The notes under the pieces: generated by a model
Seen by the model: the letters and a program-made list of their open reading frames with translations, nothing else
What the model was told of the DNA's origin: nothing
Databases searched by the model: none
Shown here: piece by piece, positions 41,026 to 51,655 of the stretch
Layout: every line of letters begins with the position of its first letter
Position numbering within the stretch: the first letter of the stretch is position 1
Translations under genes and position numbers: made by a program
Assembly: GCA_000002445.1 (NCBI GenBank)
Contig: CM000208.1
Span: 3,808,001 to 3,872,000, forward strand
Direction: 5' to 3'
Source: Trypanosoma brucei
Taxonomy: Eukaryota
Length of the DNA: 64,000 bases

Positions 41026-41371
41026 CGGTGACGGCATCCCCGTGCCGCTTAACCCCGTTAAGAGAGGGAGAGTTGGCACACACGCACACAGCGAACACTG
41101 ATTTTGCTGTTGTCAATAGAAAGTTATGTGTACGCATCTGTACGCACATTGATTCTGCAAAGGCCTTCGCAGATTACAATTCTGCTGCCGGGCTTGCTGC
41201 TTCATCACTGTCGGCGCTTTCAACATATTTGAACATGAAATGCTGTGATATTCTCATCAAACTGATGGCAGTTTTTTTTTTTCACTCAATCTTTATTTCG
41301 TGATTTGAGAAATTCTGTGCTTAGGAAGGATAAAGGAAGGGAATATACATAAATAAAGTAATATATAATAT

Positions 41372-41592
41372 ATTACTTTCCTCAGGCATAAAATGTTTGG
41401 ACGACGCGTTTACGCCAGTGCGGCAGTTCCCCGCCGTATGTGGCCGGCACTTCACATTCAGAGCAGTAGCCAAGCACTGCGTATCCTTCCTTCACTCGCA
41501 CCACTTCACCCGACTATAACTCGGCATGTTGCACTTGTGTCCGCCCCGCTCACAAGCCTCTCCGCGGTCGGTTTGTGTGAATCCTCAACGGA
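41372..41592 (+). repeat. Copy 1 of a 221-bp perfect direct duplicate; the second copy is at 45868-46088.
   Basis: ttactttcctcaggcataaaATGtttggacgacgcg...gtgtgaatcctcaacgg is identical base for base in both copies. Each contains an ATG (41393 and 45892) starting the same 66-aa N-terminus. Confidence 0.9.
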
Positions 41593-41725
41593 GTTATGCA
41601 AAGATACAACGCAGTCGCAGGGCTGTGTCGTCCTGTCGCTCATCTCAGCCTCGTGGTGCCAACCGCACAATTTTCTCCCTCCATTTGTGGCAGAGTGCAC
41701 AGGGGTAAAGAAAGTGCTTCACTGA
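41393..41725 (+). CDS. Small ORF (110 aa) with a presequence-like N-terminus encoded in the duplicated segment.
   Basis: MFGRRVYASAAVPRRMWPALHIQSSSQALRILPSLAPLHPTITRHVALVSAPLTSL is Arg- and Ser-rich with no acidic residues, resembling a mitochondrial targeting presequence. The unique C-terminus begins after residue 66. Confidence 0.3.
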   Translation: MFGRRVYASAAVPRRMWPALHIQSSSQALRILPSLAPLHPTITRHVALVSAPLTSLSAVGLCESSTELCKDTTQSQGCVVLSLISASWCQPHNFLPPFVAECTGVKKVLH

Positions 41726-42421
41726 AAAGCTTCTTCTCATTATAAAAGAGGGGGGCTGAAGGTGAAGGGCCCCCCCCCCCAACAGGGAGGTTTGAAGGGA
41801 TGAGATGCTTGGATCGCCTACATGTCGTTCGTGTTGATCGGCTATTCTTCACAGCTGCATCATGTCCTCGCTTCACTTTCATTTCAACGGACGGTGGGGC
41901 TTTCCTCCCCGTGCATGCGCTCCCCTCACCACTCCGTCGCGGGTGTGCGCTCACAAAGCACACAAGTTTGTAATGTGTGCTTGTGTACATACGCACGTGC
42001 GTGTGCCCGCGCTCTTATCGCAGCAGTAGTAAATTTAAGTGGCCAACAAAAGTGATACTAAAACTACAAAAACAGTCGTTTGGGAGTAAAAATGTCTTGG
42101 TATGAGTGGGCCCGGACTGTGTGGCCCAACCAGAAAAACTTTTGGCATTTTCTCGCCCATGAGCCCACGCCCGAAGGGGTGAGGAAAATTCATTACATAC
42201 ATTTATGCATACACATCTTACCCCCTCCCATTGTGGATGTTACATTCCTCTTCTTTTCAACGGGCGGCCCAATCCCTTAACGAAGCCGCCTTCTCACCTC
42301 GTGAAGAGCATCATTTGAGGGCTAGCGTGTACGTATACCTTCTTTCCGTATTTGCTACCCGCGCTTATGGTTTTTGTAACGGTGAAAGAAAAGGCAACTA
42401 ATATAATTGCTTGCATATATT

Positions 42422-42424
<3 letters not shown>

Positions 42425-42461
<37 letters not shown>
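42425..42461. repeat. (TA)18 microsatellite.
   Basis: Read directly from the sequence, about 110 nt upstream of the GUP1-like ATG. Confidence 0.95.
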
Positions 42462-42464
<3 letters not shown>

Positions 42465-42572
42465 CGCACAGCATTAACTGCTGCTATTGCCTCATAAACT
42501 TTCGAGAAGTGCAACCTCAGCGTACAATTCCGTGCAGGTGTGTGAATTGGTGAGGGGAGAGTGCTGTTGGGT

Positions 42573-44402
42573 ATGTCAGACGACGAGCACAAACGACACC
42601 CGCACGCACAACGTTCCCGCCATTCAACAGCGTCGCCAGGCATGATCGGTCATGATGGAAACTTCATGGAGAGCTTCAAAGACATGCTGGGCGATATATA
42701 TGCCCCGCTGAAGACAGGTCTGAAGTTGGAGCACGTAATTTATAATGCATGTTATATGCTTCTCATGTTATATGGTTTCTTTGATGTTGCAGATGCGTCA
42801 AAGCAGTGGGCGTCAGAATTCTACATTGAGCCACCGCGTTGGAGCATACTAACCATAACCTCTCTGGGTTCCACCGGCTATAACGGGACTGGGGACGCGC
42901 AATGGACTTCCATCGACAGGGGGTTTGGTCTCCTCCTCTCTGCGCTGGCGTTATTCGTTATCGGGGCCCGTGGTGTCCGCAGTGTTTTCCATGGGGAAAA
43001 TGGCGTGAAGGCGCTCCAGCGGTACTACTTGTTCGCCGGATTCCTCTTCACAGCCTTCTTGCACGGGCCCATGTTCTGGCTGCCGATTACCATAATTGCA
43101 CTTAACTACGTCTTCATTATAATCTTGCTGAAGATCAAGATGCCTCACTGGGTGCACATGGCAGTTATGTGGACGGCAGTGGTGTCGCTGATGCTTAGTG
43201 TGGGATACTATGGAGGTCGGTTGATCATTGGTCCGAGGAGACTTGGCTTTTGGGGAGGCATGGCCAGCTGGGTTCCCACGTTTAACATGTCTATCCTTCG
43301 CATGATTTCGTTTAACACAGATCTGTATGAAGCGATACACGCGAGCGCTCCTGCGCGGGCAACAACTACGAGGAAACACGATAACGGTTGCTTGGATTGT
43401 GCACGACTACGTGACAAACACCCGGAAAAAGAAGTAACTGCCGTGCGGTGTTACAAGTTTCGTTCAGAATACCCCCGCAATGTCAATGAGTACAATCTGC
43501 TGAGCTACATGGCGTACATGCTCTACCCGCCGCTGTACATCGGTGGGCCCATGTCTTCCTTCAATGCGTTTGCTTCACACTGCCAATATTCTACTGTTGC
43601 CATGACGAGGTCGCAGTTGATCGTTTACGGAATATTCATTATTATTCTATACGTTACTCAGGTGAGCATGCTACACTTTGTGTACCTGAGTGCTCTGCGG
43701 CAAAGGGGCGATCTCGTCATGAAACTGAGCACAACGCAAGCTGCTTTCATGCTGTACTATTCCTTGGCCTTCCTTTGGCTGAAGTTCTCCTTGGTTTGGA
43801 AGACGGGTCGCTTGGCTGCTGTTGCGGACGGGGTTGATGTGCCAGAGGACATGCGGCGCGCCTACAGCAACACGTTAAGTGTGCGAGACTTCTGGCGTGA
43901 TTGGCATGCCTCATTTAATGTGTGGGTTGTGCGCTACATGTACATTCCCATGGGGGGAAATAGACGGAAGTATTTCAGCATCCTTCCCATATTCTTCTTC
44001 ATTGCGGTATGGCATGATTTGGAACTCCACCTTATTGAGTGGGCGGTATGGATTATTGCCTTCTTTTTAGTTGAGCTTTTTGTTGGGTATCTATGGGGCC
44101 TGCCGTTATTTGCGCCGGTACGACACTCAAAGTACGAGCGCCTGCTAAGAAGTCTTGCTGGAATGGTCAGTGTTTTTGGACTTACAATCACGAACATGAT
44201 CGGCTTCGCTACCGTGGCAGCACCTCACGGAGGTTCATTGACAGCGCAGATTATTCTGCATATCCTTGGGACTCTTAACTTAACTCTATTCTTCTTCTTT
44301 TTACTATTTTTCTTTTTGCTCTCTGCCACGGGTGTTTTGCTTCGTGATGAAGAAGCAAATCAAATAAAGCAGCTCAAGGAAAGGTACGGTATAGTTCGTT
44401 GA
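42573..44402 (+). CDS. MBOAT-family membrane-bound O-acyltransferase, GUP1/HHAT-like; GUP1 is the GPI lipid-remodelling acyltransferase in trypanosomes.
   Basis: Multi-pass hydrophobic protein with the MBOAT signature DFWRDWHASFNVWVVRYMYIPMGGNRRKYF, matching GUP1/HHAT FWRxWHxSxxxWxxxYxYIPLGG. A conserved His lies in the downstream WHDLELHLIEW. The track start at 42561 is GTG; the ATG is at 42573. Confidence 0.8.
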   Translation: MSDDEHKRHPHAQRSRHSTASPGMIGHDGNFMESFKDMLGDIYAPLKTGLKLEHVIYNACYMLLMLYGFFDVADASKQWASEFYIEPPRWSILTITSLGSTGYNGTGDAQWTSIDRGFGLLLSALALFVIGARGVRSVFHGENGVKALQRYYLFAGFLFTAFLHGPMFWLPITIIALNYVFIIILLKIKMPHWVHMAVMWTAVVSLMLSVGYYGGRLIIGPRRLGFWGGMASWVPTFNMSILRMISFNTDLYEAIHASAPARATTTRKHDNGCLDCARLRDKHPEKEVTAVRCYKFRSEYPRNVNEYNLLSYMAYMLYPPLYIGGPMSSFNAFASHCQYSTVAMTRSQLIVYGIFIIILYVTQVSMLHFVYLSALRQRGDLVMKLSTTQAAFMLYYSLAFLWLKFSLVWKTGRLAAVADGVDVPEDMRRAYSNTLSVRDFWRDWHASFNVWVVRYMYIPMGGNRRKYFSILPIFFFIAVWHDLELHLIEWAVWIIAFFLVELFVGYLWGLPLFAPVRHSKYERLLRSLAGMVSVFGLTITNMIGFATVAAPHGGSLTAQIILHILGTLNLTLFFFFLLFFFLLSATGVLLRDEEANQIKQLKERYGIVR

Positions 44403-45702
44403 GCTGCTTTATTTGATTGGAAACTGAGAGCTGATTGCGCTTCAGTAGTTGCACATTCCTTGTGTGTTCGCGCAACACATGAACCGTAAGATGTCAGACG
44501 TCTTGTGTGAAGTTTTTATACTTCATTTCTGAAAATCGTATAGTCATTTATCCTCTATCTCATCATTATTCTTTCCCTTCCTCTTTTGTTGCCGTTACTT
44601 AAATGGCTTGTTTGATTGTGTGTTTGTTTTCTTCTCGCTTAACCGTTGAATTCTATATACTTTGTTAATATTTTTTAAAAAAAAAAAAGGAAAAGGAAAG
44701 AAAAAAGGAAAACGGAATAAATGCACGGTGTGGGGGCATAATGAATTCCACAGAATGAAAAAAAAGGGGGGAAAGTAACTTGTAGGCAAGAAGCGGATCA
44801 AAATATCCGTAAAGGCGGTGGAATGAAAACAAGTAAAATAGAGGGCGTACGAAACGCTTTAAAAAGATAAATAAATAAATAATGGCGGTGTAGTCGAATA
44901 TATTTAACGATTATGACAAAGAGGGAAAAAAGAAAAAGAAAAAGGTAAGAGAAGGGCAGTCGGATTGTAGGGGTGTTTGTATGCACTACCCGACTCCGCT
45001 TTTGCGGCATAGTGATGATGACAGATGCGGGCAAGTATCTAAGTAAAATTAGTTCAGTCATCAATTTGCTCCTCTACTACCGCTCTTCGTCTGATTCCTA
45101 TTTTCGCTATGTGTTGTCATTTTCTTTTTTTTCTTTGTTTGCTTGTCTTTCTATCAGTGTTTTTTGTTTCTTTTTCTTTTTTATTTTTGTTTTTTCTCTT
45201 GATTTATCTCTTTTTTTAATCTTCACATTTCATTACTCGAAGTTGATTGAATGGAATTAACACATGGAATTGCAGCAAAAAGCAGAACACGGAATTGGAT
45301 AAAAATGGATTAGGCGAAACGCTTCACAAATGCTATTTGCATTTTGGCTCATACCAGACCGGGTAACCACCGCTACCGTCATCAACACTGCTGCCGCTGC
45401 TGCTGCTGAATCCTGAGTGAAGGTGCCAAAAAAAAAAAAAAAGAGAAAAGAGAAGAGAAGAAAAGAAAAATCAAACAAAAGAAAAAAATAGCACGGCAAC
45501 ATTTTCTCACCGCGACGAAGTCACCCAACAGCGCTTAAGACAAACAGCCAGTGGAAGATGTATTAAGTGTAATCGTACCGCTCCATTATTTTACGGTGCT
45601 GTTTTATTCCTTTCATTCTTTTCTTCGCCCCTTTGCTAGGCAGTGAAACGGGAATATACATATATGTGTGTATGTGTGTGTGTTTTTACTGTTGGTGCTT
45701 AG

Positions 45703-45770
45703 GCTGCTTTCTTTTCTTTTTATTTCTTCTTTTTTTGTTTTGCTTCCTATCTTCATGTCACTACAACCAC
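45703..45770 (+). promoter_or_regulatory. Long polypyrimidine tract upstream of the second presequence ORF: putative splice acceptor region.
   Basis: ggctgctttcttttctttttatttcttctttttttgttttgcttcctatcttc is followed by A-rich sequence and AGs before the ATG at 45892. Confidence 0.3.
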
Positions 45771-45867
45771 TCTCCAAAAAAATAAAAACAACAACAACAA
45801 CACAATCCCAAGAAATCGACAGAGAAGGGGCTCAACCACAGTTCCACTCGCGCGTTGCTTTTTTACT

Positions 45868-46088
45868 CATTACTTTCCTCAGGCATAAAATGTTTGGACG
45901 ACGCGTTTACGCCAGTGCGGCAGTTCCCCGCCGTATGTGGCCGGCACTTCACATTCAGAGCAGTAGCCAAGCACTGCGTATCCTTCCTTCACTCGCACCA
46001 CTTCACCCGACTATAACTCGGCATGTTGCACTTGTGTCCGCCCCGCTCACAAGCCTCTCCGCGGTCGGTTTGTGTGAATCCTCAACGG
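45868..46088 (+). repeat. Copy 2 of the 221-bp direct duplicate.
   Basis: Identical to 41372-41592. Downstream sequence diverges immediately after cctcaacgg. Confidence 0.9.
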
Positions 46089-46273
46089 CGCTGGAACCTT
46101 TACAAGGCGATGGCAGGGGATTCCTCGTCTCACATGCAGGCGGTTGGTACAATTGCGCACGCGCGTTGCTCACAAATGTCAGTACGGCTCCTATGAGGAC
46201 TATAATTTGGAAACTACACAATAAAGCGCAAGCCCCGTGGTCGCTACCGCGCCTTCAAACTACCCGAGAATAA
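45892..46273 (+). CDS. Small ORF (126 aa) sharing its first 66 aa with ORF 41393 and then diverging.
   Basis: Same N-terminus, then ALEPLQGDGRGFLVSHAGGWYNCARALL... A good polypyrimidine tract lies upstream. Confidence 0.3.
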
Positions 46274-46337
46274 AGCGTCCGAAAAATAGGGCCGATGGGG
46301 GGGAGGGAGACGGAATAATCATGTAAGTGGAGAACAA

Positions 46338-46339
<2 letters not shown>

Positions 46340-46379
<40 letters not shown>
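46340..46379. repeat. (TA)20 microsatellite.
   Basis: Read directly from the sequence, about 70 nt downstream of the stop of ORF 45892. Confidence 0.95.
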
Positions 46380-46382
<3 letters not shown>

Positions 46383-46951
46383 CCCGGTGAAAATAATGGA
46401 GGGGAGATGAAATAACTGGGACAGAGTGGCTGGGAGCATCAATAACTATCGTATGCTATTTTGTGTTCACAGAAGGAAACATAATTAATAATTTGATTTG
46501 TGTTTACATTTCATTCTCTGGTTGCGTAGGGACATGCGTGCACTCAATTTTAGTGTGCGCGCTTTCCCACGTTAAAAACCAAAGTTTAACACCAAAGTGA
46601 AACGCCGGCGCCAGGAAACCAAAGAGTGAAAAAGGGAAAGGAACGAATATGTTGGATGCGTGAAAGAAAAGAGTTGGAAAAGCTCTTAGTGTAAGTCGAA
46701 TATTTCCCGTGGTGAGTGTACGCGTTGGCCTGCTCTCCGTATGAAGAGAAGGGAATTAAACAAAATGTATCGCACAGGGTTTTATACCCACGCTAACTGT
46801 ATGAAGGGAAAATGTGCAGAGAGGAGAGAAGAGGAGGAAAAGAAAGGAAGTGATACACGACCTTCCACCAATTCTGTTGTCCGTCCCAAACGTCGTTTTC
46901 TTGACCCACTCTTTTCTTTTGTGACTTTGTCATCTTCACCCGTCCACTTTC

Positions 46952-46954
<3 letters not shown>

Positions 46955-46990
<36 letters not shown>
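46955..46990. repeat. (GT)18 microsatellite.
   Basis: Read directly from the sequence. A shorter (TG)10 lies at 27950-27969. Confidence 0.95.
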
Positions 46991-46992
<2 letters not shown>

Positions 46993-47569
46993 CCTTTCAA
47001 CCTATGGCTTGGGGTTCATACCGGCAAGGCTTGTTGATGGTGACGAGACCGTTTGTAAGCATTCCTTGTCTCCGAACGGTTTTTTTTTGCATCTATTGTC
47101 CATACTGAAGTTGCAAGCGCAAGGCTGCACATGAAGAAGCTTGCACGGAAAGAAAAAAAAAGTAAAATGCTTCCCAACTTAGCTAACCGTTATCGTATTT
47201 ATCGCTCATTCCCCGCTGTAAGCTACGCAATTCGCAACATATCCTCCTCCTTTTGGGTACACCCACCGAAAGAAGGGGAAAAAAACACTTTGCATTCGAC
47301 GCAAGGGGCTGAAGAAAGTGAGTCACAGATACCTGAAAAGCAACCAGCAGAATATACAAAAATAAAGGGGAAGTGAGCCAGCGGTCTCAGTGTTGACGGT
47401 ACGAAGACCCTGCAGCAAACCCACCCCGTATGCCGGTTGGCGTACATGTTGGATCATTTTACCATTATTGTTATTATTGTTATTATTTTTTCTTCTATTT
47501 TGTTCTTTCTCTTAAACTTCGAACAATGCGGTTTTGTTGGTGCCGTTGTTAGAAAATAGGGGCGACAAA

Positions 47570-49027
47570 ATGTTATGGAGCACACCGCCACAGTCCGAAA
47601 GGGTACCGCAGGTTTCGACGACGATGGAGGAGCTCGCCAGCACCAGCAGTACACTCGAGCAACTTCAGAGTTTCTTCGTTCTTCACACATTTGATACGTC
47701 AGGGCCATTCTCAGACCTTTTCTCCGTGCTCCTCTCATGCTGCAAACATTTGGTGGATTCAAGCGTAAGTCAAAACACTGTCATATGCGGACAAGCGCGT
47801 GAAATTGAGCGTTTGGCGCGTGAGGTTGAAGAACTTCGCGGCACACTTGTCTCTCAGCAGAGCTACTTTCAGGATCTGGAGAGTCGTAGATTAGCACACT
47901 CAGTGGCTTCAGCAGAGGAAGCGCAAGGAATCAACGCGGAAGTAGTGGGAAGACGCCTCAACAAACTTGATGAAGCCGTTCATGCCGTACAAAAGACTGT
48001 AGAGGAATACCGTCACCCCTGTACGGGAGGAGTAAATGAGGAACGAGGGATGTGGGAACGCGTTAACCGGTTGGAGGTGGATTTGGAAAGTCTCAAAGAA
48101 AGGGTTTCATCCACCACTGAAAATATTAGGGCAGAAGTGGCGACAATTGGCAACGCAGTGAGTTCGATCAAAACATCGAGTGCCCCAGACTACATCCTAG
48201 CATCTCAATCTTACACTGATGCGAAGATGGCAAATGTGAGGGAAGAGATTCTCATGGCCAAGCAATCGAAGACGAGCACCGCCGACGATAGCAAGCTTTA
48301 CACGGGCACGTCACCTCCACAAAACTGGAAGAGTGACACAGAGTGTGTGATGAACAGGAGCACACGAAGTTTAGAAAGCGGGGACCCCAACGAGAAATGT
48401 GGCCGGGCGGGTTATCGGCCCTGTGGTACGGAAGTTTGGGAAAATATTCCTGCGCGGCTTGACGAGTTGGAGAGCCGCTTAGAAGTACTGGAAGTGTATG
48501 CCCCCCACCACTCTGCCATGGCCGCGCGCCCACCTCTGCTTGGTGTTGAGCTGCGGGACGAACGTGGTGGTGGTGTACGGGTACATGAAGTTTTTAGTGG
48601 GTTTGCCGCGCATGCCGCTGGTGTGCTACCCGGTGATGTGGTGGTGGCGCTCAACGCCCGTAATGTAAACACACGAGCCGAGATGTACGCCCTTATTGCA
48701 GAACTTACGCAGGAAAATGAGGTGAAGCGGCGTCTTCTGATGCAAATGTACTATGAAGAACATTCTGGTACTTGTAGAAATGAGGAAGCAAAGGAGGGAT
48801 GTTGCTTCCTTCAAGCGCCCAATAGCGCCGCAGTTAGTGGAAGGTGGTTTGGTAGCGGTTCAGGCACGGCTGGTGCGGGTAACGTTAGGACAATGAACAA
48901 AGCGGAACTGACCGCAGGTATGGCAAGGAGATGGGACCTTCCTAAGCTCCAGTTTGCGCTTCATCTGAAGCGGGGTGTTTTTTTGCATGAAGTAGTGGTA
49001 ATTTGTGAACGTGCGTCGGGTTCTTGA
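47570..49027 (+). CDS. Coiled-coil protein with a C-terminal PDZ-like domain.
   Basis: The track start at 47534 is TTG; the first ATG is at 47570. The long helical region (EIERLAREVEELRGTLVSQQSYFQDLE...) looks coiled-coil. LGVELRDERGGGVRVHEVFSGFAAHAAGVLPGDVVVALNARNVNTRAEMYALI has the PDZ pattern (GΦxΦ, hydrophobic binding groove, GD motif). Confidence 0.45.
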   Translation: MLWSTPPQSERVPQVSTTMEELASTSSTLEQLQSFFVLHTFDTSGPFSDLFSVLLSCCKHLVDSSVSQNTVICGQAREIERLAREVEELRGTLVSQQSYFQDLESRRLAHSVASAEEAQGINAEVVGRRLNKLDEAVHAVQKTVEEYRHPCTGGVNEERGMWERVNRLEVDLESLKERVSSTTENIRAEVATIGNAVSSIKTSSAPDYILASQSYTDAKMANVREEILMAKQSKTSTADDSKLYTGTSPPQNWKSDTECVMNRSTRSLESGDPNEKCGRAGYRPCGTEVWENIPARLDELESRLEVLEVYAPHHSAMAARPPLLGVELRDERGGGVRVHEVFSGFAAHAAGVLPGDVVVALNARNVNTRAEMYALIAELTQENEVKRRLLMQMYYEEHSGTCRNEEAKEGCCFLQAPNSAAVSGRWFGSGSGTAGAGNVRTMNKAELTAGMARRWDLPKLQFALHLKRGVFLHEVVVICERASGS

Positions 49028-49673
49028 TAGCGGGGGTGGAGAGCGATACGCGTGATTCAGCCACCCTGTGTCACCCAGAGTGAGGTTAATGGCCGCGAAA
49101 CTCAAAAATGAGCCAAGAGGTTGTACTGTAGAAAGACTTGTTTTCAAGGAACACCACGTCAATTCATGTATCAACACCATTGGGTGTATGTATGTGCATA
49201 TGTTTTCCGTTAATGTTGTCCACTTGCACTCGTGCAACTTGAAGCTGCCCTCCGAGCGAACAAGGTCGTTGTAACACGCTCCGTTGGGGAATGTGCCGCA
49301 GGTGTACTTATTTATGTTATTTTTCTCCGTTCGAGTTTGTACCCGTTTTCGATTATTTGGTATTGTTGCATTTGGTGTTGTTCCCCTCCGTGGATGGGCA
49401 ACATGCAGGGCCGGGACTGCAAGGAGTCTTTATTGTTTGTTGCATTTTATCTGTCTCAGCAGCCGCCGTCACGCGTGCCTTTTCGTTGCTGTTGCTGTTT
49501 CAATGAGATTGATCTTCCATTCGTAGCAGAGTGCATCACTTCAAACGGGGATGCAGGTGATTGAAGTGGAATATAGCGCATGGCAAACGATTCTCCTCCT
49601 ACCCTACTTTGCTACCTAATGACACATATATTTTAATATATACATGTGTGTAACATTCAGACATTAGGTTTAA

Positions 49674-51089
49674 ATGCGGCGACGGCTCCATAACGTAGTC
49701 ACAAGCATAACTTCCCGGGTTGGTAACCCCCATGATGACGGTAGGGGTGCTCGTCATCTGAGCCACGGCCACAGCCATAGTCATGGTCATGGTCATTCTC
49801 ACACACTGGAAGACACCGTGCAGGGGAAGCAATTACGGTTGTGTCAAATTGCCACAGCAGTTGGTGGAGCAACGAATATCTTCTTTTCCACAACGAAAAT
49901 TTGGTTCGGCCTTAGCGGTGGGTCTGTGGCGCTTGTCGCAGATGGCTTCCATGCCCTGGTGGACCTTCTAGCGGATGTTGTCTCTTACATGGCGCTTACG
50001 GTCTCCACTAAGCGATTACCGCGTTGTCGATTTCCATTCGGCATTGGTCGCACCGAAACCGCAGGTGCAGTTATCGTCGCTAGCATGCTGCTCTTCGGCG
50101 CTGTGACGCTTCTTTTCACTTCAATGCAAGAGTGTACTCGAGAGCTTCTGAAATTGATAAACCCCAATGGCGAGTCTTCGGCCGCCTCTACGGGAGCGCA
50201 CAGTCACAACGAGCATGTCCCCAACCACCATCAGCACCACGGGAACGCCATGGGTGGCCACCCCCACGAGCATGCACACCACAGTCACTCACATTACCAG
50301 GTAGCGCAGACGGATGAAATGGGGCGTGTGACGATAATGTGGACGATGGTGGCATTAGCTGCTGCTTCTGTCGTTTGCAAAGAGGCTCTCTTCCGCTGGA
50401 CAAAACGTGTGGGAGAGCGAGCAGGGTCACGAGTTGTCGTGGCAAACGCATACCACCACCGGGCCGATGCATGGTCCGGCGCCATCGCCCTGGTGGGTGT
50501 AGCCGGGCAATGCATTGGAATGCCGGGGATCGACGGTCTGGCAGGACTCTTTGTTTCCGCCAGCATTTGCCAAATCGGTTACGCTTTAATGCGCGACAGT
50601 GTGTTGGAGTTCTTCGACTTCCAGCGTGCAGAGGAGGTGGCAGCAGTGCGCCGGGTGCTACAAGATTACAACAAGTTGCATCTTGTCAATGTTTTTCTTA
50701 TTCGGCACGGGCACTCATACGCCCTTCACGTCACACTGCTCACGGAAATGGACACCGCCGCGATGGTACTCGCCAGAACCTCCAATGAGCTGACAACACT
50801 TGCGCAAAGGAGTGTTCGAGTGGCCGACACCTTCACAACTATAGCCCCATGCGACCGCGGAAGTGAAGAATCTCTGAGCAACATACTGAGGCTTGTCGAA
50901 GAGTTTCACGGGTTGCAGCCCATTCCATTTGACTGGGGAACAAGGCGGATTTCCCTGCCACAGACAATAGATGAGGAGTGCATGAGAGATGTGAAATCTA
51001 TTGCCGCTTTCTTCGAACTGGAAATAGACATCGTTGCGGGGGAAAACGATTTCAAAGGGACTGCTCATCCTTCAGTGGGTTGTTGTTGA
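49674..51089 (+). CDS. Cation diffusion facilitator (CDF/ZnT-type) metal transporter.
   Basis: His-rich N-terminus HGHSHSHGHGHSH. CDF signature GSVALVADGFHALVDLLADVVSYMAL, then RFPFGIGRTETAGAVIVASMLL and ANAYHHRADAWSGAIALVG (the HxxxD metal site in TM5). A second His-rich loop HSHNEHVPNHHQHHGNAMGGHPHEHAHHSHSH. Confidence 0.85.
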   Translation: MRRRLHNVVTSITSRVGNPHDDGRGARHLSHGHSHSHGHGHSHTLEDTVQGKQLRLCQIATAVGGATNIFFSTTKIWFGLSGGSVALVADGFHALVDLLADVVSYMALTVSTKRLPRCRFPFGIGRTETAGAVIVASMLLFGAVTLLFTSMQECTRELLKLINPNGESSAASTGAHSHNEHVPNHHQHHGNAMGGHPHEHAHHSHSHYQVAQTDEMGRVTIMWTMVALAAASVVCKEALFRWTKRVGERAGSRVVVANAYHHRADAWSGAIALVGVAGQCIGMPGIDGLAGLFVSASICQIGYALMRDSVLEFFDFQRAEEVAAVRRVLQDYNKLHLVNVFLIRHGHSYALHVTLLTEMDTAAMVLARTSNELTTLAQRSVRVADTFTTIAPCDRGSEESLSNILRLVEEFHGLQPIPFDWGTRRISLPQTIDEECMRDVKSIAAFFELEIDIVAGENDFKGTAHPSVGCC

Positions 51090-51655
51090 TTGAAAGGTAT
51101 GTCTTTTTGTTCTATCGAAGATGACTTTACCGGATTACACATGAGTGCACTGAAGTTGTGTGGATGGCCCCCACTGAAAAGGAAGGGACGGATTTTTTTT
51201 TACACTAAGGAGTACCGTGGTAACCCTGATGAGAAAATAGTGCGTACCCATCTTGGAGAAGGGTGTTTCTCAGCGGCCATTATTTTCTGCTCGTTCCCTT
51301 TTTTCTAGTTTGTTATCTGGGTGCACGCTGACCTTCTGTATCGGCATTTATTGTCACCTTAACGAAAGTCGAAAACGCTGCAACAAGGTTGATGTGGGAA
51401 CCACCGTAGCATCCCTTTTCCCTCGTTGCCCACATGCGGCTAGTAAGCCACAAACACAAACTTGTAATCATGTGTGTTCGAATATCTCTGGTTTATCACA
51501 TCCCCCCTTTTTTTTTGCTTTCTTTTCTCCTCCCACACCAGGTCTTAAAGGGAACAGAAAACTCTTGCTCGGACGCCAACTAAAGTACGGAAGTAAAGGT
51601 AGCATCTCACCTGGGGATAGTGATTATTGACCCTGAGGAGGAAACAAAAAGAACG

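Noticed and set aside
41765-41782. A C11 homopolymer (ggcccccccccccaacag).
   Set aside because: It is a single homopolymer in an intergenic region, likely a poly(Y)-tract component or a sequencing-prone site, and not a distinctive feature.
41670-49560. Shared approximately 22-nt motif tccatttgtggcagagtgcaca (41676) and tccattcgtagcagagtgcatca (49514), giving PFVAEC peptides in two unrelated small ORFs.
   Set aside because: It is only 18 of 21 identical with no flanking similarity. That is too short to distinguish from chance, although it might deserve a genome-wide k-mer check.
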